Source of the DNA: a virus
Taxonomy: Duplodnaviria; Heunggongvirae; Uroviricota; Caudoviricetes
IMG/VR virus record: IMGVR_UViG_2778261382_000004
Coordinates: 1 to 12,467 of that record
Strand: one strand, 5' to 3'
DNA length: 12,467 nt
The translations under genes were made by a program, and so were the position numbers. Of this stretch, positions 1 to 6,679 are shown one piece after another (within the stretch, counting starts at the first letter, position 1; every line of letters starts with the position of its first letter). The notes under the pieces were generated by a model. That model did no database searches, was not told where the DNA came from, and worked only from the letters and a program-made list of their open reading frames with translations.

Positions 1-219
1 TCACATCCACATAATTTGCTGCCCTGACGGCAACGGGTGCGGCCTTACGGCGTGGACTTCTCCCGGCTTCACGATGTATCGCTGTACCGACTCATAAGTG
101 ATGAACGTGGCACTGCAATTCACGTTCTGGCACTGATGATAACGCTCTTTTGTCGTGTCAGTGATATAGCGGCTTGTACGCGCATGTGCGGCATGCTGGC
201 ATAAAGGACAATGAAACAT
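1..219 (-). CDS. ogr: Ogr late-gene transcription activator (C4 zinc finger)
   Basis: Translation from the ATG at 217-219 reads MFHCPLCQHAAHARTSRYITDTTKERYHQCQNVNCSATF..., recognised from memory as P2 Ogr with a CxxC...CxxxxC zinc-binding pattern. The tabulated ORF extends to 282 but the recognisable protein starts at the internal Met. Stop codon is at 1-3. Confidence 0.85.
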   Translation of the reverse strand: MFHCPLCQHAAHARTSRYITDTTKERYHQCQNVNCSATFITYESVQRYIVKPGEVHAVRPHPLPSGQQIMWM

Positions 220-300
220 CGCGAGCACCTCTTCCGGTTTTGTTGATGGTGCCATTTTAGTTAATTTATCCTTATAAAACAAACAGATAAAATAAAAGCA

Positions 301-801
301 TCACTCATCATCTTCTGTTTCGTACTCCACATCAGAAAGCCTGACCTCAAGCTCCAAGGACGTCGTGAAGCCGCTATTATTCAGAAAATGTGTCACCTTA
401 GTGATTGTCCAGTCCTGCTCGTCTATGACGCGCTTAAAGCCTGACACTTTAACCGGTGTTTCCGTGTAAATATCTGCCCGACCGGTAGCCAGGCTGATGG
501 AGAACTCCGCCACACCCCGTTGCAGTTTATCCCACTTCGCCTGAGCGGCGCGCATGGCCTGCGCTTTCGTGGCATATACCGTGGTCAGGGCAAAAACGTT
601 GTCAGCCTCACCGGCCATGTATTCACCTTCGCGCGCTTCCGGTACTTTTGGCGCTTTCTTCTGCGTGACCGGTTTCGCTTTCGGGTGCTCCAGTGCGCGC
701 AGGTGTTTTTCTTTCTTTTTGCGTTTCAGTTTTACCTTCTGCTTTTGCGGCTTCGGGTCTTTGGTGTGTATCCTGAAATCCCGCCAGATTGGCGCGACGT
801 T
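301..801 (-). pseudogene. D: Tail gene D, C-terminal fragment only (N-terminal roughly 60 percent missing)
   Basis: Reading frame open from 801 down to the stop at 301-303, ending ...FKRVIDEQDWTITKVTHFLNNSGFTTSLELEVRLSDVEYETEDDE. It sits immediately upstream of ogr in the same orientation, as D does in P2. The frame is closed by a stop at 802-804 and there is no plausible start or upstream D sequence. Identification as gpD is from context plus sequence memory. Confidence 0.55.
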
Positions 802-2053
802 TTATTTTTCCCGCGAGGCGCTGCTGCGCGCCCTGAAAACCGGTCATAACCAGATTTTTCTGTCGGCCAGTAAAACGCAGGCGTATGTGTTCCGCGAATA
901 CATCATCGCCTTTGCCCGTCTGGTTGACGTTGACCTGACCGGTGACCCGATTGTCCTGGGCAATAACGGCGCAAAACTGATTTTTCTCGGCACCAACTCC
1001 AACACCGCACAGAGCCATAACGGCGACCTGTACGTCGACGAGATTTTCTGGATCCCGAATTTTCAGGTACTGCGTAAGGTGGCATCAGGTATGGCCTCAC
1101 AGAGTCACCTGCGCTCGACCTATTTCTCCACCCCGTCCACGCTGGCGCACGACGCCTACCCGTTCTGGTCGGGTGAACTGTTCAACCGGGGACGCGCCAG
1201 CGCCGCCGAACGTGTGGAAATCGACGTCAGTCATAACGCCCTTGCCAGCGGGCTTCTCTGTGCGGACGGCCAGTGGCGGCAGATTGTCACCATTGAGGAC
1301 GCCCTGAAAGGCGGCTGCACACTGTTCGACATTGAGCAGCTCAAACGTGAAAACAGCGCCGACGATTTTAAAAACCTGTTCATGTGTGAATTTGTTGACG
1401 ACAAGGCGTCGGTGTTCCCGTTCGAGGAGCTGCAACGCTGCATGGTCGACACGCTGGAAGAATGGGAAGACTATGCGCCGTTTGCCGCCAATCCGTTCGG
1501 CTCACGTCCGGTATGGATTGGTTACGACCCGTCACACCGTGGCGACAGCGCCGGATGCGTGGTGCTGGCACCGCCGGTGGTGGCCGGTGGCAAATTCAGA
1601 ATACTTGAGCGTCACCAGTGGAAAGGCATGGACTTTGCCACCCAGGCGGAATCCATCCGCAAACTCACCGAAAAATACAACGTCGAATACATCGGCATTG
1701 ATGCCACCGGCCTTGGTGTCGGCGTGTTCCAGCTCGTGCGCTCGTTCTATCCTGCCGCGCGCGATATCCGCTACACGCCGGAAATGAAAACCGCAATGGT
1801 GCTCAAGGCCAAAGACGTTATCCGCCGTGGCTGTCTGGAATATGACGTCAGCGCCACCGACATCACCAGCTCGTTTATGGCTATCCGCAAGACCATGACC
1901 AGCAGCGGACGCAGCGCCACCTATGAGGCCAGTCGCAGCGAGGAAGCCAGCCACGCCGACCTCGCCTGGGCGACCATGCACGCCCTGTTAAATGAGCCAC
2001 TCACCGCCGGTATCAGCACCCCGCTGACATCCACCATTCTGGAGTTTTACTGA
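779..2053 (+). pseudogene. P: Terminase large (ATPase/nuclease) subunit gpP, N-terminally truncated
   Basis: Protein-like sequence begins near codon 76 of ORF 554..2053 with a Walker-A-like SRQIGATFYFSREALL, followed by LYVDEIFWIP and a long terminase-like C-terminal part. The first 75 codons of the ORF (554-778) are Cys/Phe-rich nonsense that is antisense to the D fragment. The stop overlaps the Q start (TGATG at 2051-2055), as in a P-Q operon. Confidence 0.65.
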
Positions 2054-3087
2054 TGAGCAAGAAAGAAGGGAAAACACCGCAGCCAGCGGCAAAAACAATC
2101 ACCGCCAGCGCCCCGAAAATGGAAGCATTCACCTTTGGCGAGCCGGTGCCGGTACTCGACCGCCGTGACATTCTGGATTACGTCGAATGCATCAGTAACG
2201 GCAGATGGTATGAGCCGCCGGTCAGCTTTACCGGTCTGGCAAAAAGCCTGCGTGCTGCCGTGCATCACAGCTCACCGATTTACGTCAAACGCAATATTCT
2301 GGCCTCAACATTTATCCCGCATCCGTGGCTTTCGCAACAGGATTTCAGCCGCTTTGTGCTGGATTTTCTGGTGTTCGGTAATGCGTTTCTGGAAAAGCGT
2401 TACAGCACCACCGGTAAGGTCATCAGACTGGAAACCTCACCGGCAAAATATACCCGCCGTGGTGTGGAAGAGGATGTTTACTGGTGGGTGCCGTCCTTCA
2501 ACGAGCCGACACCTTTCACGCCCGGTTCCGTGTTTCACCTGCTGGAGCCGGATATTAATCAGGAGCTGTACGGCCTGCCGGAATATCTCAGCGCCCTTAA
2601 CTCTGCCTGGCTGAATGAGTCGGCCACGCTGTTCCGCCGCAAGTATTACGAAAACGGCGCACATGCCGGATACATCATGTACGTTACCGATGCCGTGCAG
2701 GATCGCAACGATATCGAAATGCTTCGCGAAAACATGGTGAAGTCGAAAGGCCGCAACAACTTTAAAAACCTGTTTCTCTATGCCCCGCAGGGGAAAGCCG
2801 ACGGCATTAAAATTATCCCGCTCAGTGAAGTGGCGACGAAGGACGATTTTTTTAATATCAAAAAAGCCAGCGCCGCTGACCTGCTGGACGCACACCGCAT
2901 CCCCTTTCAGTTGATGGGTGGCAAGCCGGAGAACGTCGGGTCACTGGGCGATATTGAGAAAGTGGCAAAGGTCTTTGTCCGCAATGAGCTAATCCCGTTA
3001 CAGGACAGGATTCGGGAAATAAACGGCTGGCTCGGCCAGGAGGTCATCCGCTTTAAAAACTACTCACTGGACACTGACAACGGCTGA
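2053..3087 (+). CDS. Q: Portal protein gpQ
   Basis: 344-aa ORF, the same length as P2 gpQ, directly downstream of and overlapping the terminase gene, followed by a terminator and the cos site. The sequence MSKKEGKTPQPAAKT...GKPENVGSLGDIEKVAKVFVRNELIPLQDRIREINGWLGQ is recognised as P2-type portal. Confidence 0.85.
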   Translation: MSKKEGKTPQPAAKTITASAPKMEAFTFGEPVPVLDRRDILDYVECISNGRWYEPPVSFTGLAKSLRAAVHHSSPIYVKRNILASTFIPHPWLSQQDFSRFVLDFLVFGNAFLEKRYSTTGKVIRLETSPAKYTRRGVEEDVYWWVPSFNEPTPFTPGSVFHLLEPDINQELYGLPEYLSALNSAWLNESATLFRRKYYENGAHAGYIMYVTDAVQDRNDIEMLRENMVKSKGRNNFKNLFLYAPQGKADGIKIIPLSEVATKDDFFNIKKASAADLLDAHRIPFQLMGGKPENVGSLGDIEKVAKVFVRNELIPLQDRIREINGWLGQEVIRFKNYSLDTDNG

Positions 3088-3092
3088 ACATC

Positions 3093-3114
3093 GCCGCCTG
3101 CGGGCGGCTTTTTT
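3093..3114 (+). terminator. Rho-independent terminator of the P-Q operon
   Basis: Perfect GC stem GCCGCC (3093-3098) / GGCGGC (3103-3108) with loop TGCG, followed by TTTTTT (3109-3114), 6 nt after the Q stop codon. Confidence 0.7.
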
Positions 3115-3256
3115 ACACCCCGTCATCACGCCCTCACACGCTCACCACCGCACAAAACAGCCCGCAGACACACCAACGCCCCGGCGCACAATCTAAACGC
3201 CATTACGACGCGCTGAGACGCTGAAAAAATAAAATCAGCACCACCGCCAGCGCGCA

Positions 3257-3275
3257 GTGCTTTCCCCGCCTCGCC
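3257..3275. other. cos site (19-nt cohesive-end sequence of P2/186/P4 type)
   Basis: gtgctttccccgcctcgcc at 3257-3275 is the reverse complement of GGCGAGGCGGGGAAAGCAC, which I recall as the P2-family 19-nt cohesive end. It lies about 170 bp beyond the Q stop, where cos is expected. Confidence 0.65.
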
Positions 3276-3311
3276 CGCCCGCTTCATGGGGCGGTTTTAA
3301 TGCAGTTGCAC

Positions 3312-3333
3312 AGCCATGTCAAAGCCATGTCAA
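3312..3333. repeat. Perfect tandem duplication of an 11-bp unit AGCCATGTCAA next to cos
   Basis: AGCCATGTCAA at 3312-3322 is repeated exactly at 3323-3333, 37 bp from the cos 19-mer. Confidence 0.8.
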
Positions 3334-3518
3334 CACTAGCAGTATGTAAAAAGAGCAGATATAAGAAACAAATGCAGTTTCATGCAAAAAGCGACACACA
3401 TCATGTCATGAAACAAAGCCGCTAATGAACACTTGCTTTGGTTATCTTAAGGTTTTATCTTCAGCCTAACCTATTGATTGCATGAAACTAAAATGAACTC
3501 TCAGCAAGGAACGACTAT

Positions 3519-5477
3519 ATGTCAGATTTCGAAATTAAAATTGATTTGAATGTGCTAAATCACCTAGGGATGAGTCTCTATTCCAATACTCCCGCGGTAC
3601 TAACTGAGATTATATCAAATGCATGGGATGCAGATGCTCAAAATGTAGAAATTACACTTGATGTTGAGAAAGGAGAGGTCATCATTAAAGATGATGGTCA
3701 TGGCATGTCTAAAGATGACATTATTAATAAGTTCCTAAAAGTCGGTTATGCTCGCAGGGAACATGGAAGAGCCAAAAGCGATCATCTAAAACGTCAAGTT
3801 ATGGGCAGAAAAGGTATTGGTAAGCTTGCCATGTTTTCACTTGCCAATAAAATCCAAGTTTATTCGTACAAAAAGGGGGAACAGCCTCAGGCCTTTGAGG
3901 TAGATGTCAAAGATTTACAGCAAAGTATCAAAGAATCAAAAAACTATATTGCTGACTCCCTTGAAATACCCGAAAATCTTGCTTACGGCACTACAATTAA
4001 ATTATTTGAACTAAAAAAAGCCATTGATAGGACTCAAACTTACCTCAGAAAGCGAATAGCTCGTCGATTTAGCATTATTGGCCCCAACCATAACTTTACA
4101 GTTAAAATTAATGGGACCGATATTACACCGGCAGATAGAGATTTCCTTTCAGATCTCGAGTTCATTTGGGAATTTGGCGAATCCGACCCTGAAAGGATAA
4201 AATCCTGCACAAACATCACACAAAAAAACATATTACCAAATACTATTACCTTTGAAGGAAAAGATGTAAAAGTTAGTGGGTACATTGGCAGTGTAGTTAA
4301 GCCATCACAGTTAAAGAAAGACCCTGAAATATCTAACAACAGCATTACTGTAATCTCTCACGGACGTGTTTTTGAGGAGGACATATTATTAGAATTTGGA
4401 AGTGCTAAAGTATTCACCAATTATCTGGTCGGTGAAATAGTCGCCGATTTTCTAGATGATAACGAAAAGCCTGATATGGCAACATCTTCTCGTCAAAAAC
4501 TACAACAGAATGATCCAAGATACCCTGTACTTAAAGGTTTTCTGGAAAGAACGCTACAACTAATCGATAAAGATTGGGATAAATGGAGACGCGAAAAAGG
4601 AGTAAATGAAGTTAAAAGCAATACTCCAATAGTAAGTGAATGGCTGAATTCTCTCAAAAAACATGAGAGAGAAAGTGCCGAAAAGTTAATTGGACGAGTA
4701 AACACATTCCGTTTTTCTGGTAATGAGGAAGAACAAAAAGCAGCAAGAAAAACCGTATTAAAAAATACGGTATTAGCCTTTGAAAGACTTAGAATTCAAG
4801 ACAACCTTGATGCATTAGATAAAATAAGCAACCTTCAATCAGAAAATTTTAAAGATGTATTTGCATCTGTCAATGACATTGAAGCAAGCATGTTTTATGA
4901 AATTACTTCGCAACGCCTTAAAGTAATTGAAAAATTCCAAAAAATAACTGATGAAAATCAGCTTGAAAGAGCTGTACAAATGTATTTATATGATCATTTA
5001 TGGTTATTGGATCCTTCATGGGAAAGAGTCACAGGCACATCTGTTATGGAGCAAACATTGACCAAGGAACTAAAACAGATAAACCCTGATGCTGCTAGCG
5101 GTGCTCGTATTGATATCGCTTTCAAAACCGTTTCTGGCAAGCATGTAATTATTGAGATGAAACGACCTAAAGTGCACCCAGATATAATGAACCTAGTCGC
5201 ACAAGGTAATAAATATGTACAGGCAACGACACAATGGTTCTCCAATAACCCTAAAAATTGCCCAGGTGGAAATATACCGCATATAGAAGTAATATTCCTG
5301 GTTGGCTCTGGATATTTACAAGAGAACCAACACTTTATAAATATGCAATTACTTTCTATCAATGGAAAAATATTGACATATAATGACCTAATCGTGCAAT
5401 CAAAACAAGCCTATGCTGAATATCAAGACAAAAAGAATGATGCAGCTAGAATTATGAAAATAGTTGAGGGAATCTAA
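3519..5477 (+). CDS. GHKL (Bergerat-fold, HATPase_c_3-like) ATPase with a C-terminal PD-(D/E)xK-like nuclease motif; candidate restriction/effector component
   Basis: N-terminal GHKL motifs: E..SNAWDA (nt 3606-3632), DDGHGM (nt 3690-3704), GRKGIGKLA (nt 3804-3830). C-terminal ...GARIDIAFKTVSGKHVIIEMKRPK... has D (nt 5112-5114) then E-x-K (nt 5154-5162) with hydrophobic flanks, as in PD-(D/E)xK nucleases. AAGGA lies 8 nt upstream of the ATG. The gene is AT-rich relative to the prophage backbone. Confidence 0.7.
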   Translation: MSDFEIKIDLNVLNHLGMSLYSNTPAVLTEIISNAWDADAQNVEITLDVEKGEVIIKDDGHGMSKDDIINKFLKVGYARREHGRAKSDHLKRQVMGRKGIGKLAMFSLANKIQVYSYKKGEQPQAFEVDVKDLQQSIKESKNYIADSLEIPENLAYGTTIKLFELKKAIDRTQTYLRKRIARRFSIIGPNHNFTVKINGTDITPADRDFLSDLEFIWEFGESDPERIKSCTNITQKNILPNTITFEGKDVKVSGYIGSVVKPSQLKKDPEISNNSITVISHGRVFEEDILLEFGSAKVFTNYLVGEIVADFLDDNEKPDMATSSRQKLQQNDPRYPVLKGFLERTLQLIDKDWDKWRREKGVNEVKSNTPIVSEWLNSLKKHERESAEKLIGRVNTFRFSGNEEEQKAARKTVLKNTVLAFERLRIQDNLDALDKISNLQSENFKDVFASVNDIEASMFYEITSQRLKVIEKFQKITDENQLERAVQMYLYDHLWLLDPSWERVTGTSVMEQTLTKELKQINPDAASGARIDIAFKTVSGKHVIIEMKRPKVHPDIMNLVAQGNKYVQATTQWFSNNPKNCPGGNIPHIEVIFLVGSGYLQENQHFINMQLLSINGKILTYNDLIVQSKQAYAEYQDKKNDAARIMKIVEGI

Positions 5478-5482
5478 TTATA

Positions 5483-5506
5483 CCCCCCTGTTTTTTGACA
5501 GGGGGG
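5483..5506. terminator. GC-rich hairpin between convergent genes, probable bidirectional terminator
   Basis: CCCCCCTGT (5483-5491) / ACAGGGGGG (5498-5506) form a perfect 9-bp stem with loop TTTTTG, inside the 41-bp gap between the two convergent stop codons (5475-5477 and 5519-5521). There is no clean U-tract, so efficiency is uncertain. Confidence 0.45.
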
Positions 5507-5518
5507 ATGACATAAGTT

Positions 5519-6568
5519 TTAAATATTCATTTCTGACAAATGTTTTAAAATAGTTTCACCTACGACCTCACCAAGCCTAACAGGAACAGCATTACCTATT
5601 AAACGCGCAACTGTTCTCATTTCAATTTTTACATCATCAGGCCAAAACTCATACTTTTCTGGGAATGACTGTAATAGCGCAGCCTCTCTTAAACTTAATG
5701 CTCTATTTTGGACAGGGTGCCCAAAGCGTCCATTCCCATATCCAATACATTGAGTTGTAATTGTCGGTCCAAGTTTATCCCAACACATTCTCCCATATAC
5801 AGCAGTATATGTAGAACCACTTTCTTTTGTATGACATTTTGCTCTTAGCTCTTCTGGCCAATCACGCCATGTTCCACCAGGTTTTGATGCCATTATTCTT
5901 TTTATATTAATATCAGATAATGATGCAGAGCGATGTAGTTTATCTCCAGCGTGAACAGCACCGGCACTAATTTCAGGAAGATTACCGATTATATCTCGCA
6001 CCGTTTTATAATCATTCTTCTCATGAGTTGGTGGAATTATTTCTATTTCTCCATATTTTGATGCCAATAACACTAATCTTGAACGACTTTGTGCCATTCC
6101 ATAGTCTGGACAAAACACCACCCCATACCAAACAAAATAGCCATCATTTTTAAGAGACTTAATGAAGTCCTTAAAAACCTTATGATTCACCACTCGGGGA
6201 ACGTTTTCCATTGTAATAATATCTGGCTTTGCAAATTTAATTTGCTTAGCAAAGCTATAAAGCAAAGACCATCTTTTATCTTTTGAACGTACTACCCCTA
6301 ATTTAGCACTATTGGTATAGCTTGAAAAAGGTTGGCATGGGGCACAACCAGCCAAAACTCGAACCTTCGCTCCTTCGAAATATTTAACTAATTCGCCGTC
6401 CTCAATGTCTGTAACACTTTTCTGGACAAAGAGTGATTTATTATTTGTCTCATAGGCAAATCGACAGGCTGCATCTATATCATAACCTGCAACTACATTA
6501 AGCCCCGACTTCTGAAGACCGTGAGTCAAGCCACCCGCGCCACAGAATAAATCAACAACCTTAATCAA
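5519..6568 (-). CDS. DNA (cytosine-5)-methyltransferase
   Basis: Canonical m5C MTase motifs in order: I DLFCGAGG, IV GCAPCQPFS (catalytic Cys codon at 6335-6337), VI ENV, VIII QSRSRL, IX/X RFGHP...RALSLREAALLQSFP...IGNAVP. Start chosen at TTG 6566-6568, preceded by a strong SD AGAAGGAGG (6575-6583) with a 6-nt spacer. The tabulated ORF begins further upstream at TTG 6668-6670 without an SD. Confidence 0.85.
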   Translation of the reverse strand: MIKVVDLFCGAGGLTHGLQKSGLNVVAGYDIDAACRFAYETNNKSLFVQKSVTDIEDGELVKYFEGAKVRVLAGCAPCQPFSSYTNSAKLGVVRSKDKRWSLLYSFAKQIKFAKPDIITMENVPRVVNHKVFKDFIKSLKNDGYFVWYGVVFCPDYGMAQSRSRLVLLASKYGEIEIIPPTHEKNDYKTVRDIIGNLPEISAGAVHAGDKLHRSASLSDINIKRIMASKPGGTWRDWPEELRAKCHTKESGSTYTAVYGRMCWDKLGPTITTQCIGYGNGRFGHPVQNRALSLREAALLQSFPEKYEFWPDDVKIEMRTVARLIGNAVPVRLGEVVGETILKHLSEMNI

Positions 6569-6624
6569 GATAAACCTCCTTCTAATGCTGTGGGGATTGT
6601 AGCATTGTTCTTTCTCATCATCGA

Positions 6625-6655
6625 TGTTTACTTGATGCTTGATTTGTGAATACAA
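6625..6655. promoter_or_regulatory. 11-bp inverted repeat in the MTase leader; candidate operator
   Basis: ATGCTTGATTT (6625-6635) and AAATCAAGCAT (6645-6655) with a 9-bp spacer. It lies between a TTGACA hexamer (minus strand, 6670-6665) and the MTase SD. No U-tract follows, so it is unlikely to be an intrinsic terminator for A. Confidence 0.4.
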
Positions 6656-6679
6656 AATCAAGCATGTCAATCATTATTG

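Noticed and set aside
554-778. N-terminal 75 codons of the long plus-strand ORF 554..2053
   Set aside because: The translation is Cys/Phe-rich and not protein-like, and it is antisense to the open D reading frame. It is an artefact of the deletion junction, not part of the terminase.
623-1018. 131-aa minus-strand ORF spanning the D/P junction
   Set aside because: It is out of frame with the D fragment and antisense to the terminase fragment, with low-complexity Ala/Gly/Lys composition. Judged spurious.
903-1981. Several ORFs on both strands inside the terminase fragment (903..1100, 1097..1435, 1231..1452, 1332..1787, 1380..1571, 1532..1981)
   Set aside because: They overlap a confidently assigned coding frame and have biased Arg/Ala-rich composition typical of off-frame GC-rich DNA.
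2047-2895. ORFs 2047..2268 (-), 2135..2614 (+) and 2437..2895 (-) inside Q
   Set aside because: Alternative-frame or antisense to the portal gene, with no independent support.
4040-5362. Minus-strand ORFs 4040..4345, 4493..4705 and 4994..5362 inside the GHKL gene
   Set aside because: Antisense to a well-supported coding frame; AT-rich DNA readily gives such ORFs by chance.
3519-5477. Possibility that the GHKL protein is the P2 Old protein or a Gabija/PARIS-type ATPase
   Set aside because: Those use ABC/AAA-type ATPase motifs (Walker A GxxxxGK[ST]) with Toprim domains. This protein instead has the ExxxNAxDA / DxGxG / GxxGxG Bergerat signature and no P-loop.
6089-6286. 65-aa plus-strand ORF inside the methyltransferase gene
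   Set aside because: Antisense to the methyltransferase, with no RBS or recognisable motif.
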